The notes under the pieces are model-generated. The model was not told where the DNA came from. It did no database searches and saw nothing but the letters and a program-made list of their open reading frames with translations. Below are positions 32,846 to 51,773 of a DNA stretch of 64,000 nt, one piece after another; the first letter of the stretch is position 1, and the number at the start of each line of letters is the position of its first letter. This stretch comes from Paraspadella gotoi. Lineage: Eukaryota > Animalia > Chaetognatha. The translations under genes were made by a program, and so were the position numbers. The DNA is taken from assembly GCA_051294375.1 (NCBI GenBank), contig CM119263.1:23720192-23784191 (forward strand), given 5' to 3'.

Positions 32846-34034
32846 TCCTTTCGTTTTACTGTAATTATTTAGCATTCGATACTTATAAAAACCGGAGAGA
32901 TTTTTCGAAAGCTCCTAAAATAAATTTTGCCCCCCTCAAAAAAAAGCTTCGTAGCGCTTTGTCGGCCTCCTCTTTGACGAGCAGAAGAAGCCGCCAGAAT
33001 CAAGTCTTACGAATAATCCGCCGACGAAGAAGCTTCACTATTTTTTTGCTGCGTGAAATGTAAACCAAGGAACGTCGAAGCGAAAGGCCGGATTCAGGCC
33101 TCCCTTTTTTTTAGGTTTTTTTTTGGACTCGGATTTCGAAATGAAAATCTTTATAACCAAGACGTTGTTAGTCAATTGGAAATGCGCCACGATCCTTGAA
33201 AACCGAAATTTACATAATCTGCTATGAATGCTCGGTGCAATTTCGGGACTTTTTATTTAAGGATCTAGTTTTCATAAAATTGTTGATTGATTTTAACTAC
33301 TCCCGCTGTAGGTAACGTTTGGAACATGCTGCTCTTTTTAACCAATGAAACTCACGAATAAGCTGAAATATAATAAAGGGCGTTTCATAGCCTGTGGAAC
33401 CATAAGAATATTAGGCGAACTACAAGATATGTCATTTTTATGTAATTTATAACATTGTGAAAAATTACAAGAATAATGTCTTACTATATTAGACTGAATT
33501 TGATTAAATTTAAAAATAAATTTGAAAAACTAATATATTTCACTATATATTAGATTTAATTATATCCTTTATATAAAGTATATTCTTTTATAATGTAATG
33601 GGGAGAGGGATGTTAGTGTTGTCTTCTGGAAATAGAGGGAGTATCTATTCAACACAAGGTGGAAAGTTACTTTCTGCCCTAGTTTTCTAATTAGATATAA
33701 GACATCATTCTTGTTAAGAAGTAACGTTATGACATATGATATATTTCGTACCTAAGTATGCAAAATAGATTAACTGTTTTGTGATTCATGACAAAGAAGG
33801 AGGAACTAAAATTTATCTGGGGCTCGTTTCGCCTGATTATTTGCTTGATTGATCGCGATCAATAGCACAGCTTTTCAAACTCAGAAGTTACGGAGGCAAA
33901 AGCTTAGAGATGAAGCCAAGCATTTGAACACCGAAGGGAAAAAGTTATCAGGCAAAATTTTTTTTCTCTTTTTTTTTCTTTACGCCCGATGAACGGCGGG
34001 AGCCAGTTTTCGAACTCTCCTTGACTTTGAACAA

Positions 34035-34111
<77 letters not shown>

Positions 34112-35248
34112 CATCTTCAACAGCACGAAGGGCTTCTTCTACGCCGAAGCAACACCGAAATCCTTTCCTTTTCAAATCAACAATTTTTTTCTCTATCTCT
34201 CCCGAACTTAGTTTTAAAAAAAGAAAGAAAGAAATAAATAGAATAAAAACCTTTTTCCTCGGCTTCGGTACAATAAACGCCCCGTCACGAACCGGCGCAG
34301 CGTCATTAAAAAAGAAAAAAAGGGAAAAAAATCCTCGAGCCGTTTCCCCTCCGTATCTGCCCTCGCAGTCCTCCTTCGCCGTCTCAGCGCCGCAGCGACC
34401 TCGATCGGGGAAAGAAACGAGAAAGAAAAAGAAATGCAAAGAAACGCCGAACGACACGAAGAGAGACGCCCTTTCCAATCCATGGAGTGACGCCCCCCCA
34501 GGACTCCCCCGCGAAATTGAATTCGGAGGAGGCGGCGCCGGTCGACGAGACCGCCGTGGATGGCGATGACGCCCAGGGAACGCCGGGGGAACGGCGCCGA
34601 CGATGCCGTGTTTTCGTGACCCGCTCTCAGCGTCTCATGACTCCGATGCTTCTCTCGGTTGACTTCTAGTCCAAAAAAAAAAAAGAAAAGAAAAAAAAAA
34701 AGAAAGAAACGAGAGGGAATAAAAAGGAGCTTCGGGTTTTTTTTGTTGGTTTTTTTCCTACTTTGGCTCGCAGGGCATCGGGGAGCATTCAACAGTTTTC
34801 TCTTCTCAATTTTTTGCGTCTGTATGTAAATTCGATGTGTCTCTCTCTCTCTCTCTCGCGTAAAAATGTTTTTTTTTTCACCGATCACGGATCGGCGATA
34901 TCAATCTGCATCACTTCGAAGAAAATGACGTCTGTCACGGTTCGGAGTTTGTAGGAAAATTTGATTTTTAGTTTCCTTCCAGATTTTACAAGCAATAGTA
35001 AAAACAAAAACACCCCGCGAAACTGCCCGGGAAAAAAAAAAGAAAATAAACAAATATTTCTTTTTAAATTTTTGGTCGTTGAACCGTAATAAAGTTTTTT
35101 TTCTTCCTTCGATTTCGCTTGTGGATCCTTAAACTGCGGAAACCGTGATTCATACATCAAACCGTTAATTGGGGAGAGGGTTTGAGAGGGAGGCTCAAAA
35201 CAAACTCTTTTCTAACGATTTTACATTTCGAAGAACTGTCTATCGTTG

Positions 35249-35289
<41 letters not shown>

Positions 35290-35578
35290 AACTCATTTTT
35301 CTCTTTCTTACTCTCTCTTTCTCTCTCGTTCTCTCAAATCGGCCCGAGCACCTTGAACCCGAGCGACTACTTGGCAAGTTTTCACTTCGAAGTTCGAACG
35401 CCTTCTATTTTCGCGATTAAGTAGAATTTGTTTTTGCAATCCACGCAAACTCTTTTGTGGCTCTTATTTGAACAGCGGACCGACCGGTTCTCTCTAAGCT
35501 GTTAGTCAAGTTTTGGAAACCAACTCATTTCAATTCATTTATTCGAGATAAGAGAGAGGATTCCTCTTGCTCTTCTTT

Positions 35579-35660
<82 letters not shown>

Positions 35661-36001
35661 TTATCTCTCTTCCTCTCCCCTTTAAACACAGTTTTTTTAT
35701 CTTCGATTTTCGAATGAGGTCTGAAAAGAAAAAGTTCAGAAAAAGAAAGAGGGTGTCACAGACCCAGGCGGCCGAGTGTCAAGGCTGTCAGGATCATATG
35801 ATTTTGAGAGAGAGAGAGAGTGAGAGAGAGAGAGAGAGAAAGAGAGAACGAGTGGGTTATGCGGTTATGTCTCCGTTATTAAAACGAGCAATTCTGAGCT
35901 AAGAACATAAAATGAAAATTTTTTTGCGACCTGTATTTTTATGCTTCATATAATTTCTTCATGACTTTGCAAAAGCGATCTGGAAAAAACTCTGAATATA
36001 A

Positions 36002-36033
<32 letters not shown>

Positions 36034-36260
36034 CGCGGTTTTGAGCTCGGGTTTGAGGTCGTCCCTGACATCCACTGCCTCTTCTGCTTAGCTATTTTCG
36101 ATCCACGATTTCACGTTTTCCCCATTAACTTAATTTTTTCCTCGTCTTTCTCCTCTTTTTTTTTCATATTTTTTTCTTTCGTTTACTAAAAAGGGAAAGG
36201 AAAAAAAAAAGGACTCGAGTTTCTATTTGCGTTGGTAATTATTATTTCGAGGCTACTTTA

Positions 36261-36298
<38 letters not shown>

Positions 36299-36695
36299 GG
36301 GACGACGTTTCTCTCTCTCTCTATCTTTTCACAAATTAATTTTTTTTGTCAGATTCTGATGCGATGAAACCGAGGAATTCGATTCTGACGGGCGACACCA
36401 GAAGAGTTCAACGGTCATGACCGATCAGATTCGCACCAAAGGTAGGTTTATTTTTTGTCGTCGTAAGAATAAAAAAACAAACAAAAAACTGACGAATTTT
36501 TAACTGTTTTTATAACGACGAGTCTCAGCTCCCCGAATATCGATTGCGCAATACGCATATCGAATTCTTTTCTCTTTTTTTAAAAACAAAATAACATCGG
36601 AATTCGAGTTGATTAAAAGCAGTCAAGTCCGGGTCGATATATAACAGAAACTGAAGGTCACTCTCTATCTCTCTCTCTCCTCTTTCTAGGCATGA

Positions 36696-41009
<4,314 letters not shown>

Positions 41010-42485
41010 GTTGAAGAAATGGGGTAACGACGCCCTATGATTGGTTGGAAGTTGGGGAAAAAAAGAAAAAAGGGAAGCCGAGGGCAGAACTTCGTCTATT
41101 GACATAAAATGGCGACCGATTTTCCGGCCGACGAACGACGTCATCCGCGAAAGGGAAAAAAAAAAACCGCATCCAGTGAAACAAATTAACAAAGGATGAA
41201 TTAATAAGACTCTCAGACTTCCAGTTTCACGCACGTCCAATCGCACAGTAAAATTTTTAGGTCTCATAGACTCAGAAAACAAAAAAAACAAAAAACAAAA
41301 ACAGACAAAAAATTATTATATAAACCAATTATTCACTTGATAACGACGAGCTGATCGGATGAACAAAACTCCTGTGTCAGTGTCACTCTCCTCTCTCTTT
41401 CTCTCGTATTTTAAAATTTTTTTTTTTTTTGGAAATTAATGACAACACCGTAATGTTTGACATCGTAGAATCGAATTATTTTGGCAGTGTCTTTCACAAC
41501 CTTGACACCGATTTATATATATTGAATTATGTACAAGTTAAAGCAGACGGTTGCGTAAGATTGACTTATCAAGTTACCTGAATCGAGGGAAATCGCTTTT
41601 CTCGAAACCCAAAGCCTTTCGGTTTGTTACTAAACCGACCATATTTTGTGATCCACGGGACTTTTTAAGCTGATTTTATCCATCGTTCTTGATCCAACTT
41701 CAGTTTAATGATCTCTAGTCAATGTATTTATAAATGATATAAGGTAACATCTAGAAACTGTTTTTTTTATGGTTGGCGAAGTCTGTTGGTTATTAGATTT
41801 GTTGATAACTATTCTTTATATTCATGGGCAGGGTTTAATATACCCTATACCCGAACGGCTAATTTCCTTCTCCCCCTTATGTCCGGTAACTCCCATTTAC
41901 ATTTACATGTGCCTACTTCGCAAAAAAAAAAAAAAAAAAAAAACGTCGCGAAAGAAAATATCCTCTCTCGCGGCCAAGTACAAAACCACTAGTCAATGTT
42001 GATATTATTTTCAATAGAAACAAGAAATGCTTTCTTCGATGTTATTTGATGACACGTATAAAAATATCGGAAAATATATATGAAAGCGGGGATTAATAAA
42101 GTTAGAATAAAATTGTCACTCGAGCTTAGTATCATAAATCGATTTAATCAAGCTCTATGAGATTGTTCGATGTATCAACGATGCAATGACGACGCAAGAG
42201 AAAGAAAAAGGTTGAAAATTCGATCTCTGATTGTGCAACTTGCACCGAGGCAGCGGAGAAACCCGGATCTGCGGCAGGAGAATGGAAGAACTTTTCTTTG
42301 CCTTTTACCTTACCTGTGCGTACACACACACCCTCCGAAGCACACACATAGAAAGAGAGAGGAAGAGAGAGCTGCTAAAGTTATCTAGAATAATCTTGGT
42401 GTTCCCCGCACGCAAGTTCGCTTGTTCTGCTCAGGAGAACTGCCAGGAGCCCAGAGATATTTTTTTCCCGTTCCACGTAGCACAC

Positions 42486-42565
<80 letters not shown>

Positions 42566-43733
42566 CTCTCTCTAATTTGTCTTTTCTCCTTCTGTTGCTC
42601 TCTCTTTCTCTCTCCCTTCGCTACCTCCTGAAAACTACGAGCTCTCGAGCCGAGAGAAAGTTCAATCAAGTTTGCTCGACCTCCTCTAGATGTCGCAACG
42701 GATCGAAGAGGTGGAAAACAAAACAACTGCGTTGACTTCTTGAAGGAATTCGTAAACTTTTGTTTTCAACCGGCCGCCGTCGATCCCAATGACTAAAGGG
42801 GGCGAGGGAGATGTGCATAGCAAAGAATGACAACTTCGCCGACCACGATGATGATGACGACGACGACAGCTACGCGTCGACCGTAAACCGTAAACTCAAT
42901 CTCGCTCAGTTAAAAAAAAAGGCAGAAAAAACTCTCGAATGAGCCTCGCGGCGACGGTTAAGGAAAAGCAATCCAAACGGCGTGGGAAAAAAAAAGTGGG
43001 GGGGGAGTGAACAGAAGGAAATGAGTAGGAAAGAAACTAAAGAGAATTTGTTTTTTATGGTTTTTTTCTTTTTTTTGTAAAGCAAAGAGAAGTCACGACG
43101 AAAGGGGCAATTTCTTCAAGCGCTCTTCCGGCTTCAGTCTTTCGCTTCCGCGACTTTTTTCGGTTCGAGAGGAGAAACGTCTTCTCTCACGGCGACGTCT
43201 TGTCTTTGACGGTATTTAGATTTATTTTCCGGTTCATAGTAATGAACTTCTCTTAAAAATCCTTCAGTTTCCTTAAAAAAAAAAGAAAAAAAAAACGAAA
43301 AAACGAAAAGGACCGAATTTTTTTTCTCCCTCATCCGTCATTTTAAAAAGTCGGGATCCCCAGCTTCAAGTCGTGGCATTCGTGTCATTTTCCTCGGTTC
43401 TCTCACTTAAAAAAAACCTAGTTTTAATTGCGACAGTATAAAAGTTTAGAACCTTTTATCACCAACAACAACAACAATCGCTAGGACAACAACAACTTCC
43501 ACTTTTCTCTTTCCAGCCTCCTCCTTCCGCTTATCCACCATAGACGCGCCAAAGATTCCATTGATCATTTTTTTTTTACTCCAGGGAGAAAAGGAAAAAG
43601 AATAGATTTTTTTTTTTTGCGCTTTTGCTCTCGCTTCGGCGGCGTCGGCGAGGCGGCGGCTGCGCGGAGAGGTCCCAAGGCTTAAACGGCGATAATAAAG
43701 GATCGCGGCGACGGCGGCGGAATTCGTAATTCA

Positions 43734-44272
43734 ATGGCGGCAACGACGACGACTGGGACGATGACCCCAGGAGCCGCTGGAGCAGCTGGAGCCGCAGGAG
43801 ACGCAGGAGCCGCGGGATCCAGCGTCGGCGATTTTTTTATGCGTAAGTTTGAGAAGGATATTAGAATGTGAATGATAATATATATAATGTTATATTCTAG
43901 ACCCCCTTTCTGATAATGGTCTAAAAATAGTACTACTTCGAAGAACAAAAGAATCAAATATTTTGTGGCGGTATATTCACACCGCCTCACGTCCACCATC
44001 CACAATTTGAACATTTCAAAGTTTCTAAAATTTCGAAACGAACGCAATTTGCCAATTTGCTTTCAACATTGCGCGAAGCTTCTTTGTCGGGCACAGCGAG
44101 GCTAACGGCGTCGACGCTGATGGATGTGTTTTCGACGACGCCCCCGGAACCGGCGCTGACCGAAGCGGCGCTGTCTCCGAGGTCTCTAACCAGACAAGTC
44201 GTTGACCATCGCGCCGACCACGCCGCCGACCACGCCGCCGACCACAACACCAGCCACGCGTTTTGCGAATGA
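43734..44272 (+). other. Possible small two-exon gene of unknown function (low-complexity Gly/Ala/Thr product)
   Basis: GC-rich blocks 43734-43842 (ATG...GAAGAAGAAGDAGAAGS, donor GTAAGT at 43843) and 44097-44272 (acceptor CACAG) join in frame. No recognisable domain. Confidence 0.2.
43964..43999 (+). mobile_element. Short fragment of the LTR terminus of the element at 59148-59960
   Basis: tgtggcggtatattcacaccgcctcacgtccaccat matches the reverse complement of both LTR ends (about 59388-59425 and 59920-59960), allowing a few indels. Confidence 0.75.
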
Positions 44273-47042
44273 TGCCCTCGTCATTAAAGCTAATCACCTT
44301 CAAGGGAAAGACTTTCCTGGATCGATGCCACCAATGCCACCGATGCCATCGCGCCGTTTATTCAAATGGTTCCATCGCTCGGATGCCAAGATGCTCTCTC
44401 ACTTTCTCATATTTATTTTAACTGTGACTAAGACGCATTGTTGTACTTGGAATTTTAAATGAAAACCAAGTCCGGTGTTTTACTTTTTGTATTTAACTCA
44501 AGGTTCATTTAATTTTACGACTGTAAAATAAATTTAGCTCAAGTCAGATTGAAGATTCGTAACACGGAAGTGTAGTTTTCAACCTGAGTACACTCGGAAC
44601 GTGAATCTTCTTCGGAATTCAAATCGTTGCGGGGAAAATCGTAACTTTTTCTAACACGAAAAAAAACCTCGGAATATACGTACATACTACATATACTACT
44701 ATGCGAATTAACTCCCAAAATAGAACTCCGTCCGGAATAATCGACAAACGATATTTTAGTATATGAGATGATGAGAGAACGCGCTCTCTATCATTTCCCG
44801 GAAATTCACAGGGGACGTTAAATCCATGATGGAAAGCGGGGGATGAATAATATAAAAAAAAAGGGGTTGAGGTATGAAAAGACTTTATTAAGTAAGGTGG
44901 TTGGGAAAGTTTAGTATTTAAAGAGACAAAGCTTATTTTTTGGGGGGGGAATTTTGAACGATTCAGAAATATATTTAAGGCGTATTCGAAAGATAAATAT
45001 TGGTCGTTGGTCAAGGCTTACTTATGGCGACATTTTTTTCTTTACAGAAGAAGATGATTTAAAAAAAAAAAAAAAAAGGGAGCAAGTTTTCCGTTGCTGG
45101 TGGACTGAGCCGGGGTTGGTATAGCCGCGACCAGCGGGCGTGAATTTCCCAACTGGGTTCACGTCTCGATCGTCGAGACGTCGGGGAATTCCGACTTCTT
45201 TTGCAAGTCTGTAATTCGTTAATGGACGAATTCAAGAGAGAGAGAGAGAAACCTTCAATGGGGGGGGGTAGGGGGGTAAGGGGGCGATGGGTTAGCGTGG
45301 GCGGAAAGAAAGGTTTAAGGGTCATTAGGAGATGGTTGGGTTAGGACGCGAGTCGGGATTGTATAAGAGGATTCGAGAATTAGGAAAAGAGAAAAGTGTT
45401 TGTAAAGCGGAGCGATTTGAAAGGGATTTAAGAAAGAGGAATGTTTTGAGGAATGGAGAATGTTATAAAACTTTCGGATCGCTCAGTAGACAACGTTTAA
45501 CGCTTTTTAGTCGAATCTGCTTATAAATCAGCAGATTCCGACTCTATAATTCACTTTGTCGATCCGTGGGTCCGCCCCCTCAATTTTGTCGGTCATTAAC
45601 TTAAATCATGTCAGAACATCGAATTATGATAAATTATGCGTGTCTGTCTGTGGGTCCGTCTGTCCCCCCTAAGCAAAAAACTCCAATTACTCGTGATTGG
45701 ATGTTGGATTTGAATGAAATTTTGAAAAAATTGAAAAAAATGATGCAGGTTGAAAAAATGATGGAAGTGAAAAAAATGATGCCAGCTGAAAAAAATAATA
45801 ATAGTTAAAAAAATTATTTATTTGTAGACATAGTAACAGTTCAGTTTAATTCCTTGCAAACGATTTACAAGCCATTGGTTTGGTATGGTCCTATCTGTTA
45901 TGATCAGTTAGGATCACAAATTGAAAGAATTATCGTCATTTATCATCTGATTAGCTGATTACCGCTTAATTATCGTAGGCAGATCCGACATTGTTTGCTC
46001 AAACTTGTTTAGAGATATTTTACTTTAAAAATACAACTTACAAATTATCCTACAAAAACTTGAAACACAATCGCTTTGCTTATTGCGCTCGAGACGTGAG
46101 ATTGACGGCTTTTGATTGGGTAAAAGGAAGTCAAAATAGTTGGGGTTTGTGGAGTGATTGTGGGCAGCGCCTCCAGCGATTCGCCCTCGAACGATTTTAA
46201 ACGTGGCCAGGGGTCGTTGGTCGTATTGTCTATGTAGCGGAAAAGAGGGAAAGGAAAAAAAACAATGGTAACTGGTTGGTAAAGAGGGAAAAAAAGAAGG
46301 AAGAGAGGGGGGAGAAAGAGAGGAAGCGAGATTTGCTGAAGGGCCTCGCCAAGTACTGAAGTTTCACTGGTGCGAACAGCTGAATTTCGCGCCTTCGCTT
46401 CTGCAGTTTGCGTGGGGAAAATAAGAAAGGAAAGAAAGGAGAAAAATTTTTTTTTATGGATATATAGCTGTTGAGAATTAAGAAAAAAAAGAAGAATATG
46501 AAAAAACCTAAAAGGCGCTCATAGTTCGGAATTCACGTCACTTTATTTTCACACGTTTCAGTTTTCACCAGTATTTACGAACCTACCCATTCTCAAATTT
46601 CCCTCAATGGTTCCGGACTAATTGGTCGCATGGACTGACATGCTTCTTTTTATATTTTAATCAACGGTAATTAGGAAAGGAAAGGAAAGTAATATCCATA
46701 AAAGAACGGATAAATATAGATTTTATTACAGAAAACCATATCAAAGTCCCGATTAAGATGGCGCCCGCGAGAAGAAAGAGAAATCCCAGAGTCTTAGAAT
46801 AAAATGAGAATAAAAATAAGAACTGAGAAGCAAAACGAAGAAAAAAGCAATTGGAAGGGGAAAAAAAGATAAGAGAAAACGTTATGGCGACTGACTGACT
46901 GGTGAAGAGATAATCTTCGAGTTCACAAACGAGCCTCTCACAGCCATCACCGCTCAGCGCTCACGGTTCTCATTTCCTTCTTGGGGAAAGGAGAGATGGA
47001 TGAGAAAACTGGAGTTGAGATGAAAAGAGAGAGAAAGGAGAG

Positions 47043-47118
<76 letters not shown>

Positions 47119-48282
47119 AGAGAAGAGAGAGAAGAGAGAGACAGAGCTCTGAATAAAATGAGGGAGCCATTGTTATTACGTGAACGTGATTCTCTCTTTA
47201 CTGAGAATTTCCGCTCAAATTTTCCCGCGACTTCATTTAACTTCGGTCCGTGACGCGTCTCGCTCACGTTCTCCTTTATTTATTAAAAAAGCATTAAAAA
47301 ACATAATAACGTTAGATGTTTGGAGAGAAAAGCTCCAATGAAAACATGAGCGACTTTATCGTCGAAGCCTCGCGTAATTATATGTGTCGAGTGAGTGAGA
47401 ATTTTCCACTCGCCATGTTGTGATTCCGTGAGGTTTGTTTGGGTATCGAGAAAGGAGAAAAAAAGGGATAAAACAATACCTAGAACGTCTATTAACATTT
47501 TGTAATACTGAGATTGATTAGAGTCTTGTATTAAGATTACGCTCTATATCATGCTTGTGATTGCTTTGTTCCGTGAATTACTTGCTTCAACCCCATGAGC
47601 CTGGCTTCAGTCCCAGAACAGCTTGCATCGGCCTCACTTTAGTCTGCTGCTTGCTCGCTTTATTCCCTGGTTTCCTTTCTCTTCTCCGAAATTCTACCCC
47701 CCCCCCTCCTATTCACTTCAAGTTGTTCCTCCCTCTCGTCTTTTTCGCGCCTTGGTCCAGTCTTCCTCTTCCTCTTCCTCCTCCGCCTCGTCATGGTAAC
47801 GGATGTTTCCATTATCTCCGCCATCTCTTTCTTTCCTTTTCTTCCATCTCTTTCTCTCTTTTCTTTTTTTTTATTTCCCGTTCGCCACGCGCCCTCATCA
47901 TCCTCCTCGGTCGATCCTCCAAGGACCTCTAGAGAGGCTCTAGAGGAGTGTCGCCCGCTCGGCAAAGGGTCTCTAGAGGATCTCCGACTGCCCTCTGGAG
48001 GAGCGACGGAGGAAGGTCGATCATCGGATTTTATTTCATCGATGCCCTTTTTTTTCTATGGAAGAATTTTTCGTAAGGAGACGCGAGCGGCTTAATAAAA
48101 AAATTTCTCTTAAAAAGCTAGTTTAGTCTTTTGTTTTTTTTTTCAATTTTATAACAAATTAATTATTTTTTTCCCCTATGGATTGATAGTAGAAAATGAA
48201 GTGGCTCCGATCACATTTAACGTAAAGAGGGACAGAATTTGTTCTCGTTATGAACTTTGAAATTCATTAAGAGTGATCGGTT

Positions 48283-49999
48283 ATGGCCGACTGGACTGAC
48301 CCCGACGAATATGGGGCCGCCAGAGGCGCGAACAATGACGAAAGAAAAACCCAGGAACAAACTTTAAACTCTGTCGGAAATACGAAAAACTACGCGGAAA
48401 AAGAGGACGAAGGCGCCACCGACATTATTACAAATAGCGCCACGATCGAAGCGAATATGGTTGCTATGACAACGATCGCAGCGGTTTCCGAGTTTGATTT
48501 AGCTGAAGTGAATTCGGATTTGTTGACGGACGACGAAGAATCGGAAGCGGCGGGACCAACTGCAGCCAATGACGATGGAAACTCGTCTACTCACGAAATC
48601 GACCCTTTGGACGAAATCGTTTTTGACGAATCCGAATGGATCGATGACGACATGGACAGCCGAATCACCCAACCCGAACCTTCGGACGAGGGTCAGAATT
48701 TGCTTTTTCAAATCAGATGTTTATTATGCGCTTAGGTATTTAGCAAAAATGTCCACAAATATTCGCTTTTAAAAAAAATATGGCTTATAGAAATTATTCA
48801 AGATTTCGTAAACGAATCCTTACTAAACTACAAGATTTTGCATCGTCGAGACCTGAGAAGTAAGTTTTCTTTTTTCATGAAAATTTGCAAATTACTTGTT
48901 TCACTATTTTCTATTTTTATATTTTATGAAGGATTTAGTATTTAATCTATATTATTTAAACAAATATATATTGCTTTCTTTTTTAAAAATGTTTTATTTA
49001 TCTAATAATTCAATTTGGGAAGGGGAAGTCAGTGTTGTCTTCTGGAAATAGAGGGAGCATTTTATAATGTAGATTTAATGTCTCACCGTTTTTTTTTTCA
49101 AAATCATCGACTGAAAAAACGAGGAGGAAAACATATCACACATCAAGTTGAGATCGAAGTTCGAATTCGAGTCGAGTCCGCCAGAAAAATTCGGCAACAC
49201 GGAGTTTTGAACGGAGCGATCGAGAAGATAGAAGGTCTCGTCGATTTCGTCAACATCTATCTGTCTATCTATCTTTCTTTCTTTCTATCTCTCAGACAGC
49301 ATCCATTCCATTCTCCACACTTCCGTCCCCGGTTTTCTCTTCGATCGAATCCCGAAGACAAGTAGCGAAAGGAGCGTAGACTTTAGCGGCGGCGGCGGCG
49401 GAGGCGGTCTCGCCAGTTCGATCCTCACCAGCGTCGGAAGTTTCTTCGGATCCGTTGGGGGTAAGAAACTAAATAAAAATAATTCGTTATTAAAACCGAC
49501 GCTTTCACATTCCCCTTGACACTTTATATTCCACTCGAGATTTCACCCATCAATCAACGTTGCGTTTTCACAGCTCAAAAGCAGGAGAATTGCTTCGTGT
49601 GCGACGAGCCGCTCCAAAATCGTCCCCCTGTCCGCAGACTTTTCTGTCAACACGAATTTCACGAATGGTGTCTCAAAAATTCACTGCGAAATCAGGCAGG
49701 GCAAATCGCTTGCAGGGTTAGGGATTTAGTTGGGTTGGGTTAAGGCAGGTTTGAAGGCCTTAGGCTTGACAATAGTAAATAACTTTTATCTTTTTAAAAT
49801 CAAAGTAAATTATAAATTCTACATAGGATCGTCAAATCATCATTTGATGGTTTGCTTCAGTAAATTTTGGAAGCTCTGATAATTATTATAATTATTTTAA
49901 ACATTAACACGAATTTAGGCGAGATGTCCCTCGTGCGGTGATTGCGTCGTCTGCAAGAACGATGAATTTAAAGTTCTCATCTTTTGGAAAAAAATATGA
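48283..49999 (+). CDS. RING-H2 finger protein (putative E3 ubiquitin ligase) with acidic N-terminus, about 288 aa
   Basis: Exons 48283-48691, 48791-48859, 49296-49460, 49574-49716 and 49919-49999 splice in frame. C-terminal CFVC-DEPLQNRPPVRRLF-C-Q-H-EF-H-EW-C-...-C-PS-C is a C3H2C3 RING-H2. Confidence 0.85.
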
Positions 50000-51476
50000 T
50001 GGACGATCAACAAAATTTAGCAACGAATCTTTATCGGTGATAAATTTGCAATTGAACTTCATTGAGATAAAAACGATGATCTTTTGCGATGTTTATCAGT
50101 AATGAAAAATAAAAAGTTATTTAATTTACCCAGGGACCCTGGCAGGGTAAGATCCGGTTTGTTTGAACCTCAATTTGAACCTCAATTTTAAAACGTCTGG
50201 GCCACCCAAACCGAACCAGTCCTCCAAGCTTCAACTGCCAGCTGATCCTGGAAACCGCAAGGTCCGCAACTGCCATCCAATCTTCAAAGCTGCAATAGCA
50301 AAACTCTTCTAGATCCGAAAGTGGCTGAGAAATTGATTCAGGGTCGAGAGATTAATCGGCGAGGGACGAAGAAATTCCCGCCCCGTCGATTCCGTTCCTA
50401 GTTTCTTTTTTCTCTCTCTTTATTTTCTTAGATTCTTTGTCAGTTCTACTCTGGATTTTACAGTAGATTCGGCGAGAGATACGGGACGGAAAGAGGAAGG
50501 AGCGTAGGATAGCGGGGAGGTAAGAGAGACGAGAGAAGAAGATTTCTGGGGCCGAATTCTTGAATTCGCGGTGGAAAGACTCGAATCCGAGTTTCTATTC
50601 ATTTCTCTCCACATATTCAGGATTAATAGTTCGCATTCAAAATGAAGACGGCCCTCGTTCACTTACCAAAGCTTGTATTCAGCAAGCACATACTCGGGCG
50701 GTAATACGACGGGGTAAAGATCTCAGTTCTTGAACTCCATTGGCTTAAGGCTCGAGAAGGCAATTTCCGCAAATCAAGGGAGAATAGAAAAAAAATCTAC
50801 GAGAAAAAGAAAAAAGGGGGAAAAAAATAGGAGAGGATTTTGGTGAACCATTAGCTCGTCTTATGTGTACATATTTTGGTCAAATTGCGAGTACAGCTCG
50901 TACATTTTTCTCACAACGTTCGTGCGCCAATGTATTTTGCGATCTCGGTTATGTAATTATTGCGGTTTTGTCAAGGAATATATGGAGTACCTTATAATTT
51001 CTTGATGGGCCTTTACTTTATTTTTTTTTTCCACACGCATTTTGCGCGCTTCTTACGCGCCTTTTATCCATCTTCTGCGTGCCTTCTTTCGCCTTTCCTC
51101 CTCAACTTGTATCTCCGTTTTTCTTTCTGTCGTCGAACCGATTCGGGTCCTTCGCCATTAAGACGGGAGCCGGCGGCCGAGGCGCTGATATAATTCTTTT
51201 CTTTTCTTTCTCTCTTTTCTCTCTTTTTTCCTTCTCTATTTTCCCCAGTTTTTGTTTTATTTCCTCGTTTTGGCTTCGAGTTTACGTTGTCGCCAATCGT
51301 TTTCCCACCTATTTTTTTTTCGGAAACTTTACAATAACTTTTTTGTAGTTTACTGTTCAGAGTTTTCATCTGTTTTTTTTTTTGTTCAATAATCTGGCAA
51401 AGAGAACATATTTATTTACCAATCTCTCGTCCGTCACGAATTCGTTGGATAAGACTGTCCTTTCGAAGCGACGCTA

Positions 51477-51773
51477 TCACGGGCGATTATCCCGTTCCAA
51501 ATATAACTTATTATCCTCACGTGATCTCTCGAGAATGTCTGGCTCTTTCTCGAGTCCCTGACCGCAATTACGGTTATCATGAACGTCGTCATCGCTGTCA
51601 TTACCGCGGAGGTCGCCCTCGTCGTCGTCGTCGTCGTCGTTGTCGTCGTCGTCCACGTCGTCTTCTCCTTTTTCGTCATAATCATCGCGGGGCGGGTCCA
51701 AGTAATCGGCAATGTCGGCATGTTTGACTCGTCGTTTTCGTCGTCGATATCTTCGTGGCCACCATTTAAGCAC
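51477..51773 (-). other. GC-rich block with acidic (GAC)n-containing ORF; possible exon of an unidentified gene
   Basis: Exon-like composition flanked by AT-rich sequence. One frame reads a basic run followed by DDVDDDDNDDDDDDEG. No domain or complete gene model found. Confidence 0.2.
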
